Virus record (IMG/VR): IMGVR_UViG_3300010398_000024
Span: 1-34,242 of that record
Length of the DNA stretch: 34,242 bases
Strand: one strand, 5' to 3'
Origin: a virus
Taxonomy: Duplodnaviria; Caudoviricetes
The notes under the pieces are model-generated. The model was given only the letters and a program-made list of their open reading frames with translations, searched no databases and was not told the DNA's origin. A program made the translations under genes and the position numbers. Shown in pieces: positions 17,817 through 26,524 of the stretch. Position 1 is the first letter of the stretch. Each line of letters opens with the position of its first letter.

Positions 17817-18301
17817 AACGTGAATTCCTCTTCCTCGATGTGCATCCACGCCTGCGTGTCTTCGTAGACGTAAATCGTGCCACGGATTGTTTCCGGGCCG
17901 AACTCCGAAATGTAAAGCTCGACGTCCTCCGACCACGCGATCCCATACTGATTGGCCGGGCCATTCGCGATCAGCCAGTAGACCAGCTTCTGAAACTGGA
18001 TATTGCCTTGGCGCGCTTGCAACGATAGCAAGCCCGGCAGCGAGAACCCCCGGTAAAACGCGAGCGCCGCCGCTCGCTGCGCATGCAGTGCTGGCTGTGC
18101 CGCGATGTAATATGTCGCCGCAAAATAGCTGAACGGTGCCTGCGATGCCGTCAGCCGGAACCCCGGCAGGACGATCTCTTCGATGTCCCCAATGATGCCC
18201 TTGAACGCGTTGAGCACCTTACCCGTGAGGGTAAGTGTCAGATTGTAGTTCGCCGGGTAGTCCGAAACGGTACTACCGCTGACCGGCTCAACGCCCAGCA
18301 T
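17813..18301 (-). CDS. Hypothetical tail-module protein, paralog of 17075..17578
   Basis: Shared LLSLQARQGNIQFQKLVY block and acidic C-terminus. Confidence 0.75.
   Translation of the reverse strand: MLGVEPVSGSTVSDYPANYNLTLTLTGKVLNAFKGIIGDIEEIVLPGFRLTASQAPFSYFAATYYIAAQPALHAQRAAALAFYRGFSLPGLLSLQARQGNIQFQKLVYWLIANGPANQYGIAWSEDVELYISEFGPETIRGTIYVYEDTQAWMHIEEEEFTF
18219..18234. promoter_or_regulatory. TTACC-N6-GGTAA palindrome
   Basis: TTACCcgtgagGGTAA. Confidence 0.75.
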
Positions 18302-18302
18302 G

Positions 18303-18548
18303 TCACTCAGCTACTCCTGTCGGCTTTGCGGCCGGCGCCAGCTTGTTGACCATGTCCTCAAGGTGCTTGACCTTGCGCTTCAGCGCGGCGTTCTCGCCGG
18401 CGAGCACCGCAGAGCGCTGAATGGAGTTCGCGATCTGCATCTGCATCTCAGCTGTATACGCATCGAAATCGACTTCGACCCGCGGCTGGTTCGGATTGAG
18501 ATTGGGATCAGGCTGGGGCGGCTGAGGCGGTGGTGTCATCTGGTTCAA
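18303..18548 (-). CDS. Small coiled-coil protein, possible tail-fibre assembly factor
   Basis: Overlaps the fibre stop; heptad-like LAGENAALKRKVKHLE. Confidence 0.6.
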   Translation of the reverse strand: MNQMTPPPQPPQPDPNLNPNQPRVEVDFDAYTAEMQMQIANSIQRSAVLAGENAALKRKVKHLEDMVNKLAPAAKPTGVAE

Positions 18549-20638
18549 TGGCGTGTCTCCTGTTTTGCCATACGCTGGCGCAGCGATTTAATTTCCGCAA
18601 GTAACAACGGCACCAGCTTGGAATGGTCAATCATCCACGGCGCTGCCATAAGCTCATCATCGTCATCCCGCCCTTGCATCACGGCGTTCGGATAATGTGC
18701 ATGAAGCTTCTGCGCCACGATGCCAAACGACTCGTGCCCGCCACCTTCAGCAAGCCAGTCAAACTGATCGACCTCGATCGCATCGATCAGCTTGCCGCTG
18801 TCGCCCGCCGGCTTAACATTTTTCTTCAGGCGCAAATCTGATGACGTTAAGTAGGCCGTCGCTGACGCGTTTGTCGTAATCTGACCAACCACTCCGTTTG
18901 GGTTGTTAAAATAATGGTGAGCTTGCGACGACGTAGCTTGCACCACGGTTTGAAGCGGTACCCCAGTCGAGCTTGCCGCTTGATCAACACGCAAACCATA
19001 ATTGCTACCGTTGGTCGTGAAATATAGGCGCGAATTGCCAGTAGACGGAGCAGGACCGCCAAACGCTGCGTTACCCGCCGAGTCCATCTGAAAACATGTG
19101 ATCGCGTTCAATACGATTTGGAAATAGTGGTTCGCACTATCGGCTGTGAGATGCCACGTCCCGATCCCCTGACGAGACAAATCAACTGTCGGCCACGCAC
19201 CACTACGCCATACGCAGACACCCGTAGCGTTTGCATAGATCTGAAATGGAAGCGTGTTGCCGTTGTCAGTTGAAAAATTGATGTTGCCGCCACTGGTATT
19301 GTAAATGTCGATGTCGTTCTGAACATCGCGATTAATCAGCGAGCTTGCCTGCGTCGCAACACCCATGCGCAATTGCGCAGTCGTACCACCGGCACTGTTC
19401 TTTAACAGAAAGCCCATTAAATTTGACTGCTGGGCATCCCACTGGAAGTAACCGCCGGGACCGGCGTAGACCAGCTGGCCCATGATGGTGCCATTCAAAC
19501 CAAACTTGATCGGTGTACCTGCTTGCGTGGCAATAACTATGCCATTCGCAGCACTGCCATCTATAATGAACACCTGATCGGGAGATATCAGGGCAGTCGC
19601 CGTATAGCCTGTCCCCGTGATCCCCATTTGAAGTTGATGCGGACCGTTGTCAGCGTTGTAACTGGCAAACGCAGCATTGCCCGTGTTCTTGTTGCTGAAC
19701 CGCGTAACCAGACCAGAATTTTGATTGCGCGCCATCCCCAATATCGTCGATGGCTGAGGGATGATTGTCGGATCGTCACCAATAGCGACCGGACCACTAT
19801 GATACGTGGGTGTTGACCCAGACGTATAAATTGCCCAGATGTTGCCCGCCGAACCACGCGTCAGCGTGTTAACATAGATACCAATATTGCCACCAACAGT
19901 GCCGAGTGAACCACTGTCGTCACCGATGAAAAGACCGTAGCGATTTGTAATTGTAGCGCCGGCATTCTTCACCGAGTAAGTGCTGTAGAAGCCATAAACA
20001 TTCGAGATCGCACCACTTGGTTGGCTAACATTAACGATTGACTCAAACGTCAACAGGTTACCAACCGGGCCAGCGACAACAGTCGGAGTCGCAAAAAACG
20101 ACGTATATTGAGTACCGTTGGAATTTGCTGAATATGTCGACGAGTCGCCAACCCCAACCATGTTGGGTTGAACAGAATTATCGCCGGCACGCGTAAGCAA
20201 AATGCCCAGCTGCGAATTGGTGAAAATATTAGGACTGACACCGCTAATTATGACGGTCGGCGTAAAGGTCTTGTTTGCCAACGTCTGCGTCAGGTTCACG
20301 CCAACGATATTGTCGTTGCTTGGCATGATCGAAAGAAGCTTCGAGAGCAGCGCCGCAGGCGCATCGATCCAGATTGTCGGCGCCGTGGTGAAGCCGGCGT
20401 AACCCGGTGAAGACGCCAGCACCGTGTTCACGGTGACCAAATTACCTGCGAGGGTAAAAGTGCCGAGGAACACCACCCACGTCGACGCGTTGTCGGTCGC
20501 TGCGAAATACGCTTGATCGCCATCCGCCAACGCTGACGCAGCTGTCTGGAAGCCTGCCACCGCACCGTTCATGTGGAACGGGCCAGTGCCCGTGGTGTTG
20601 GAATTCTCCTTGATCCGGTCAGCGAGCTTGAGCGCCAT
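18545..20638 (-). CDS. Tail fibre/spike with C-terminal peptidase S74 intramolecular chaperone
   Basis: LADRIKE.SNTTGTG anchor; Gly/Asn/Thr-rich beta body; TSSDLRLKKNV...GIVAQ...IDHSKLVPLLLAEIKSL. Confidence 0.9.
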   Translation of the reverse strand: MALKLADRIKENSNTTGTGPFHMNGAVAGFQTAASALADGDQAYFAATDNASTWVVFLGTFTLAGNLVTVNTVLASSPGYAGFTTAPTIWIDAPAALLSKLLSIMPSNDNIVGVNLTQTLANKTFTPTVIISGVSPNIFTNSQLGILLTRAGDNSVQPNMVGVGDSSTYSANSNGTQYTSFFATPTVVAGPVGNLLTFESIVNVSQPSGAISNVYGFYSTYSVKNAGATITNRYGLFIGDDSGSLGTVGGNIGIYVNTLTRGSAGNIWAIYTSGSTPTYHSGPVAIGDDPTIIPQPSTILGMARNQNSGLVTRFSNKNTGNAAFASYNADNGPHQLQMGITGTGYTATALISPDQVFIIDGSAANGIVIATQAGTPIKFGLNGTIMGQLVYAGPGGYFQWDAQQSNLMGFLLKNSAGGTTAQLRMGVATQASSLINRDVQNDIDIYNTSGGNINFSTDNGNTLPFQIYANATGVCVWRSGAWPTVDLSRQGIGTWHLTADSANHYFQIVLNAITCFQMDSAGNAAFGGPAPSTGNSRLYFTTNGSNYGLRVDQAASSTGVPLQTVVQATSSQAHHYFNNPNGVVGQITTNASATAYLTSSDLRLKKNVKPAGDSGKLIDAIEVDQFDWLAEGGGHESFGIVAQKLHAHYPNAVMQGRDDDDELMAAPWMIDHSKLVPLLLAEIKSLRQRMAKQETRH
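20442..20457. promoter_or_regulatory. TTACC-N6-GGTAA palindrome
   Basis: TTACCtgcgagGGTAA. Confidence 0.75.
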
Positions 20639-22563
20639 TAGTGCAACGTCCTTCCCTCGAGGGCTTCAAGCCGCTTCGTCAATTCTTGGATCGCAGCGAT
20701 GAGATGCGGCGCCCCAAGCTGGCCGAAGTCAATCATCTGATGGTCAGGAACATCGTGGTCAGGCAGGTCAGCGACGCCGTCGATAATAGGGCCAAGCCTT
20801 GGCCTGCGCATTGCGTCTTTTTTGCCAGTCACAACGTGTGGAAAAACTTCCTGCACTTCATGCGCCAACACATGAGCACGATAGGTGTCATCACCCTCGG
20901 TCTTGAACTTGGCGTTATATATCTTAATCGCATTGACGTTCACCAATGCTTCTGTCGTATCTACAGGTCCCGCAATATCCTTCAATCGATAATCAGATGA
21001 CGTGGCATAAGTTGTGGTCGAACCTGTCGTAGAAATCCCACCAACCGTGCCATTGGGGTTTCCCCAGAAAAAATGCCACATGAACGCCGTCGAGCTGCCG
21101 AGGCATTCGCAGGCTCCATTCGCCGTATCAAAACGTGCGGTAAGACCGCCACTTGGTGCATTGCTGACCCACAATTTTGCCACGCCAGTCCAACTAAATG
21201 TACTTGGATCAATTTGTAAGCAGCTATCCGAAGCAAAGCGCGCGACCCGAGCGTTGCCAGTACCAAAATAAAGGTGGTACCCAGCAGTTTGCACTATAAC
21301 CAACAGATCGCGCCCCGCACCGAGATATGTCGTGTCTGCGAGATAAGGTGCAACACCGCCATACCCCGGACATAGAATGCCAAAAATTGCAGACGTATTA
21401 TTCTGCGCGACGACAAATCCAACCTGTGCAGCCGCCCCAGTCGTATTGCCATTAGCAATGTAGCACCGAGTGACATCGTTTAAATCCCGGCGCATCGCAA
21501 TGATTGAGTTATTAGGATGCCCTAAATTACCACTGCCATTCCAAAATTCGAAAACCTGATTGGTCGTCAACGTTATCAGGCCAGTACCGTTGACGCCGAA
21601 GTTAAGGTTCTGAGCACCGATGGTGCCAAGGTTCAAACCACCAGCACCCGCCGACATGAGATAAGCGCCATCAGGACGATTGTAGAAACCGGCTTGCACG
21701 GCTCCGGTCCCTTGCATCCACATCGAAAAATTATTTCCCGATGAGTTATTCAGTTGCAGCACCGCTGCACCGCTTGCGCCTGTGCTTTGGTTTTGGATGT
21801 GAATGCCGCTTGATCCGTTTAGATCGTTGCGAACGTCGAGCAAGAAACCGGCAATCGCTGTCGTCTGCCCAATCGCCAATGCGCCACCGGGTGTGAGACG
21901 CATCTTCTCCACGCACACTGCGCCAAGACCAAAACGGATCGCTGCATTATCCTGCTGCACGACAATCGACATGCCATTGGCTGTACCGGCCGAAACCATC
22001 AGCGTGTCAGGACCAAACAACGCACCGGCAGTGCCAGTCACCCCCGACCCATAAATCCAAAATTGTCCTAAATGATTGAGATCGTTGGTGACCGATACAA
22101 ACGCAACAGCAGCGTTGCCATTGTTAGTATTCTTCACCGTCAGGCCGTCAGCACCATTAAAATCGTGCTCAACCACCACCGGCGACACGAACGACTTATT
22201 CGACAGCGTCTGCGTCAGGTTCACGCCAACAACGTTGTCGTTGGTTGGCATCACCGGCAGGATCTTGGCAAGCAGCGTCGCCGGGCTGTCGATCCAAACC
22301 GTAGGCGCGGTCGCGAAGCCGGCGTAACCGGGCGACGACGACAAGACAGTGTTCACCGTGACGGTGTTCGCCGCGGCATTGTAAGTGCCGAGAAAAATCA
22401 CCCACGTCCCGGCACCGTCGAACGCGCCGAAATAACTTTGATCGCCGTCATTCAGCGCCGACGCCGCCGACTTATAGCCAACGGTCGCGCCGGTCAGATG
22501 GAACGGCCCTGTCCCGGTGGTATTCGACAGCTCCTTGACGCGGTCTGCGATCGCCAGCGCCAT
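20638..22563 (-). CDS. Second tail fibre/spike with peptidase S74 chaperone
   Basis: IADRVKELSNTTGTG anchor; TSSDYRLKDI...LAHEVQEVFPHVVTG...LIAAIQEL. Confidence 0.9.
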   Translation of the reverse strand: MALAIADRVKELSNTTGTGPFHLTGATVGYKSAASALNDGDQSYFGAFDGAGTWVIFLGTYNAAANTVTVNTVLSSSPGYAGFATAPTVWIDSPATLLAKILPVMPTNDNVVGVNLTQTLSNKSFVSPVVVEHDFNGADGLTVKNTNNGNAAVAFVSVTNDLNHLGQFWIYGSGVTGTAGALFGPDTLMVSAGTANGMSIVVQQDNAAIRFGLGAVCVEKMRLTPGGALAIGQTTAIAGFLLDVRNDLNGSSGIHIQNQSTGASGAAVLQLNNSSGNNFSMWMQGTGAVQAGFYNRPDGAYLMSAGAGGLNLGTIGAQNLNFGVNGTGLITLTTNQVFEFWNGSGNLGHPNNSIIAMRRDLNDVTRCYIANGNTTGAAAQVGFVVAQNNTSAIFGILCPGYGGVAPYLADTTYLGAGRDLLVIVQTAGYHLYFGTGNARVARFASDSCLQIDPSTFSWTGVAKLWVSNAPSGGLTARFDTANGACECLGSSTAFMWHFFWGNPNGTVGGISTTGSTTTYATSSDYRLKDIAGPVDTTEALVNVNAIKIYNAKFKTEGDDTYRAHVLAHEVQEVFPHVVTGKKDAMRRPRLGPIIDGVADLPDHDVPDHQMIDFGQLGAPHLIAAIQELTKRLEALEGRTLH

Positions 22564-22571
22564 AGCTCACC

Positions 22572-23021
22572 TCAAGCAATACGGATCAACGAAGTGCCAG
22601 CCCCGCTCGGTGGCATCGCGATCACAAACGTCGCGCCGGAAATCGACTGTGTCCCGCCGAAGTCCCACATCGCGATCATGCGTCCAGCCTTGCTCTGGTT
22701 GTAGAGAAAGGCAGCGGTGGCTGAGAACGTCGCTGCCGCCCAGCTCACATTGTTAAAATCGGCAATGCCGGTGGTTCCCGACAAGGACACACCGGCACTC
22801 ACCGCTGGGGCCCCGCCGACGGTGTAGCCGCCACCGGCGGGCAGCTCATCCGACGGCGCTGCCTGCACCACCGAAATGTTCTGCGTGGTCTGGTCGTAGT
22901 TGCGTCCCGGAGCCACTTTCTGAAGCGCCATCATCAGCGTGTCGCCACCAAGGTCCATATTATGGACCGCGCGCATCAGCTCGGGCTTGAACGACTGCGC
23001 AATAGAAGTCGTGACGGTCAT
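22572..23021 (-). CDS. Putative tail structural protein (149 aa); start revised to ATG 23021
   Basis: ATGA coupling; SFKPELM..H...GGGYTVGG...DF..VSW...LYN pattern; distant paralog of 25086..25514. Confidence 0.7.
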   Translation of the reverse strand: MTVTTSIAQSFKPELMRAVHNMDLGGDTLMMALQKVAPGRNYDQTTQNISVVQAAPSDELPAGGGYTVGGAPAVSAGVSLSGTTGIADFNNVSWAAATFSATAAFLYNQSKAGRMIAMWDFGGTQSISGATFVIAMPPSGAGTSLIRIA

Positions 23022-23323
23022 TTGCAATCTCCCCTGATCTCGGCCGCGAGATCATCGTAGCCAACTTTCGCCGCCAAATAGGCGTCGCGTGCCCGACGCT
23101 CTTCAACGGCAGCATTGATGTTGTGCACGATGACGCGAAAAATCTGCTGCTGAAACATTTTCGCCTGCTCCCGTATGGGCTGCGGCGCATCCTCGCTGAT
23201 CATGATGATCCGCGCTGCGGCTTCTCTCGCCCAGAACGCTGGCGTCATCACCTGATCAGGCTTGCTCACATAGAGCTTGATGTCGCCTGCCTGAAGTCCT
23301 GCTTCGTGTCCCGGTACTGACAT
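23018..23323 (-). CDS. Hypothetical protein (101 aa)
   Basis: GAGGG RBS; coupled to the downstream gene. Confidence 0.75.
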   Translation of the reverse strand: MSVPGHEAGLQAGDIKLYVSKPDQVMTPAFWAREAAARIIMISEDAPQPIREQAKMFQQQIFRVIVHNINAAVEERRARDAYLAAKVGYDDLAAEIRGDCK

Positions 23324-23324
23324 A

Positions 23325-23340
23325 TTACCCTCTTAGGTAA
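23325..23340. promoter_or_regulatory. TTACC-N6-GGTAA palindrome (gene junction)
   Basis: TTACCctcttaGGTAA spans a stop codon and the next RBS. Confidence 0.8.
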
Positions 23341-24046
23341 AAACGAGCTTCGACTTAGCCCGTGTTGTCGTTGGTGGTGGTCCGCCACCACCAGATGGCG
23401 GCGGTGCTGGTTGCTCGAACAAACACAGCGTATGGCAAATTAAATTCGTCCCGACGCTTTGGCTACCATTCGGCACGCCAGTGTGCCCGGCGCCAGCCTG
23501 AATTTTCCAGAAACAATTCACCCCACGGCTCGCATCACGCGCAGTCCCAAGATGGGTGTAGCCCGCCACCGCATCGGTATCGAGCGCCGCCAGCACTGAC
23601 GAACAGCAACCGAGCAGCAGCACCGCATCGTTCGCCGCTGTCGAGATCGCATCGGGAAACTGCATGATGTGGGCGCTGGGCGATTGAACATTGGAATACC
23701 CATCCGCCTGCGAAGATCGCGCGCCGCGAAACGTCATCAAGATGAATGGGCCGTTGACCGCGAAAAACTTATCCTGCGACGGCACGTCAGCAAAAGAATA
23801 GACCTGAAGCGTGCTCTCACTGCCATCGATTATGCGGATGTAGAGCGCATCGCACAGCGTGCCCATCTGCTCGGCGTCGATCGTCTGAAGCGGTACTCCC
23901 AGCATGTCCTGAATGCCGAAGCCGCGGTTCGCCGCCATGTAGATGACGACGATATCACCCGCTTGCAGCGGCCCCGGATAATTGATCGTCGGTTGTACGC
24001 CGCTGACATAGCCAAAATTAATTGCAGGTGGAGCGGTAATGGTCAC
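23333..24046 (-). CDS. Hypothetical beta-rich tail-associated protein; start probably GTG 24046
   Basis: GTGA overlap with the upstream stop; P...QAGD.VVI motif seen in phage tail/surface proteins. Confidence 0.65.
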   Translation of the reverse strand: MTITAPPAINFGYVSGVQPTINYPGPLQAGDIVVIYMAANRGFGIQDMLGVPLQTIDAEQMGTLCDALYIRIIDGSESTLQVYSFADVPSQDKFFAVNGPFILMTFRGARSSQADGYSNVQSPSAHIMQFPDAISTAANDAVLLLGCCSSVLAALDTDAVAGYTHLGTARDASRGVNCFWKIQAGAGHTGVPNGSQSVGTNLICHTLCLFEQPAPPPSGGGGPPPTTTRAKSKLVFT

Positions 24047-25086
24047 ACATGCCACCCTGTCAGCGCGAGAGTTACCCGCTGGGTAACACCAGACCCGGAC
24101 GACACGGCGACACGAATGACATCACCGCCACCGAAATAGGTTCGCGTCCAACCCGTCATGCCGCCCTGTCCTTTGGCAGCGCTCGACGTGTTTGGATAAT
24201 AGCCGCCGACAATGCTGTCGCCGCCGGCAGGATGCGATGTACCGCCATCAAACTGGGCGTAGGTGCAATACTGAACGTCGAGATAGATCGTGCTCGAACG
24301 ATCCGCCAAAACCGTCCAGCCAATGCAACTAAAATTGTACGGCACGAGGAAGTCGACGGCGGCGCCATTTGCTAACGCCGCACCACCGCCATCCAACGTG
24401 ATCTCGAGCGTGGCAAACTGTCGGATCGCCTGTCCGTCGAAGCGCGTCATATCTTCGAGGATGACGCGATTACCGGGATATCCCCGCAGCGTGATGCAGT
24501 CGTTCGACCGGCATGGTAGATCGACTTGGCCGGGTAAAATGTTGGTGGCGTTGTACTGAAGGGTGAAGCCGTCCTGCACGTAGAGCACACGCTTCGCGCC
24601 ATTGGCGAGCTGGACTGCTGTCACCGTTACTGAACCCGTAATGAGCGCGAACTCAGAGGTCACCGCGTCGAGATTGAGGTTTGCCGCAGTAGCGACCACG
24701 GTCTGCGGTTGCTGGGTAAAATTTGGACCATTGGCCCACGCCGTACCGGTCCAAAACTCGACGAGCCCGCTGTCGCTGTTGAAACGGATCTCACCTGCCA
24801 CCGGCGCCGGATCGCGTTGCGCCGTAGTGCCCGCTGGCAAACCAAAACCAGCATTGCCAACCAGCTTGGGATTTCCCACGAGGGTGAGATTGCCACCGAC
24901 GAAAACAAAGTTTGAACCGAGCCCGATTTCCTCGACATTGCCCACGCCTGTGCTTGCGCGCCCGAGCAGAACGTTCGTATCCGACGTCAGAACATGTTCG
25001 TGGTTCCACGCCGACGGCTGCACCAACGTCGGATCAGGACCATCCGCTTTGGGTGAGACGAAGAAGTGCTTGACTGACAGACCCAT
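24043..25086 (-). CDS. Tail fibre-like structural protein (347 aa)
   Basis: SVKH.FVS.K.DG.D..LVQPS.WN..H N-terminus and LPAGTTAQR.....GEIRFN...FW.GTAW fibre motif. Confidence 0.7.
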   Translation of the reverse strand: MGLSVKHFFVSPKADGPDPTLVQPSAWNHEHVLTSDTNVLLGRASTGVGNVEEIGLGSNFVFVGGNLTLVGNPKLVGNAGFGLPAGTTAQRDPAPVAGEIRFNSDSGLVEFWTGTAWANGPNFTQQPQTVVATAANLNLDAVTSEFALITGSVTVTAVQLANGAKRVLYVQDGFTLQYNATNILPGQVDLPCRSNDCITLRGYPGNRVILEDMTRFDGQAIRQFATLEITLDGGGAALANGAAVDFLVPYNFSCIGWTVLADRSSTIYLDVQYCTYAQFDGGTSHPAGGDSIVGGYYPNTSSAAKGQGGMTGWTRTYFGGGDVIRVAVSSGSGVTQRVTLALTGWHV

Positions 25087-25514
25087 CAGCTTGTCCTCTC
25101 GAGTTCAAACAGGCCAAGCGACGGATTGGTCACCACCGTGAAGGCTTCAGTCGAGTTAAGCACCAGCGTGCCGCCATAGTCCCACCAGCCGATCAATGCC
25201 CCGCTGGGCGATGATGCGTTGTAGAGAATGGGATACTGGAACGGACCGATCTGGCCGCCTTGTGCGGTGAACTGGACGTTGCGTCCGAACACCGTGACCA
25301 CGCCCCCGATGTCCGTCTTGGACATCAGCATCTGCAAACCGCCAGCGACATAACCAAATCCCGCCGAGACCTCTGCAATCTGCGATTTTGTTTTCTGCGA
25401 ACGCTGCGGCTGCTGGTTCGACAGGAAGACCATGAACTGGTGAGCACCAAAGTTGTGCACCGCGTTCGTCAGGTCATCCAGAAAACAGTCGAACTGGTAG
25501 AAGAGTGCGCTCAC
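25086..25514 (-). CDS. Putative tail structural protein (142 aa); start revised to GTG 25514
   Basis: GTGA coupling; VHNF...GFGYVAGG...LYN...LIGWWDYGG matches 22572..23021. Confidence 0.7.
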   Translation of the reverse strand: MSALFYQFDCFLDDLTNAVHNFGAHQFMVFLSNQQPQRSQKTKSQIAEVSAGFGYVAGGLQMLMSKTDIGGVVTVFGRNVQFTAQGGQIGPFQYPILYNASSPSGALIGWWDYGGTLVLNSTEAFTVVTNPSLGLFELERTS

Positions 25515-26125
25515 CGTTGCCCCCGAAATCGCGTTGCGAAATTCTGCGGGTAACGCCACGGCTGACCGCGGTAGAGATTTTGCTGCGCAGCTTCGCCCTT
25601 CGCGCGCCCGCGCGCGGACGCTGCCGCCTGCGCGTGGAAAATCGCGAGCTTGTCGGAGGTGTAGGGCTTCGCAGGCTGCGAATAAAGCCGCGCCAAGATC
25701 CCATCGATCATGCCTTGGTAATACTTGTTGACGATCCATGCCGGCACGACCGGATAACCCTCGCGCGTCGTCGGATCATCGCAGGTGATCGCCACCTGCG
25801 CCGTCCACGTATCGTCTTGGCTCGGGATGTCGACGAACTCGAGCAGACCCTCTTCCGGCATCGTCATGCGTTGCGGGATCAGGTTCGAGTTGTGCACCCA
25901 CTGGAGCTGGAAGATGCGCCCGGCTTCCGGCTCGACAATCGTCTGCTCGCCGACCTTGGTGCCGTAAAACACCGGAAAGTCGATCTTCTCTGTCCACAAT
26001 ATGGAGCTGGTGAGAAACGCATCGATCGCATTGAACATCTCCAGCTGGATCATGCTGTCTAGCACGCCCGGCACCCGGACCCGGATGTTGTCCATCATTC
26101 GCTTCAAATCGGCTTTCGCGATCAT
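25511..26125 (-). CDS. Putative head-tail adaptor/tail tubular protein
   Basis: Second gene after the capsid gene; helical N-terminus and G.LARL..QP.KPY motif. Confidence 0.6.
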   Translation of the reverse strand: MIAKADLKRMMDNIRVRVPGVLDSMIQLEMFNAIDAFLTSSILWTEKIDFPVFYGTKVGEQTIVEPEAGRIFQLQWVHNSNLIPQRMTMPEEGLLEFVDIPSQDDTWTAQVAITCDDPTTREGYPVVPAWIVNKYYQGMIDGILARLYSQPAKPYTSDKLAIFHAQAAASARGRAKGEAAQQNLYRGQPWRYPQNFATRFRGQR

Positions 26126-26493
26126 GCGGTCACCGTTTGCAGGATCTGCGTCCAGCGCTGCATGAACGCCATGCCGCGCTGATCGTCGACGTTCTCGTTG
26201 TTCTGGAGCTGGGTGTAGCCGACCAGATGGTAGACCAGCGCCATGCGATACATCGGCTCGAAGTCGACCATCGCAGTCATGTCCGACGACACATAGAACG
26301 GCAGCGCCGTCTTCGAGTAGGGCGTCGTCATGTACTGGTAGAAAAGATCGGGACGAATGCGGCGCGTATCGAGGATCGCCGCATTCAAATTCCCGACCAG
26401 CTCATCGTCTGAAAAACGATAAGGGGACACCAAGTCCTGCAACATCGTGCGCGACTTGGTGACGTAGTCTTGGACCGTATCAAGCTCAGCCAC
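26122..26493 (-). CDS. Putative head-to-tail adaptor (123 aa); start revised to GTG 26493
   Basis: GGAGG RBS at 26498-26502; LQD....RFSDDEL...LN.A......RPD motif of phage adaptors. Confidence 0.65.
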   Translation of the reverse strand: MAELDTVQDYVTKSRTMLQDLVSPYRFSDDELVGNLNAAILDTRRIRPDLFYQYMTTPYSKTALPFYVSSDMTAMVDFEPMYRMALVYHLVGYTQLQNNENVDDQRGMAFMQRWTQILQTVTA

Positions 26494-26504
26494 GACACCT
26501 CCTC

Positions 26505-26520
26505 TTACCCGTGTGGGTAA
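26505..26520. promoter_or_regulatory. TTACC-N6-GGTAA palindrome (intergenic, after capsid gene)
   Basis: TCTTACCCgtgtGGGTAAGA, with 8-bp perfect arms. Confidence 0.8.
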
Positions 26521-26524
26521 GATT

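Noticed and set aside
18545-22563. Diversity-generating retroelement acting on the tail fibres
   Set aside because: No reverse transcriptase in the window and no near-identical TR/VR pair with adenine-specific differences; the similarity is ordinary paralogy.
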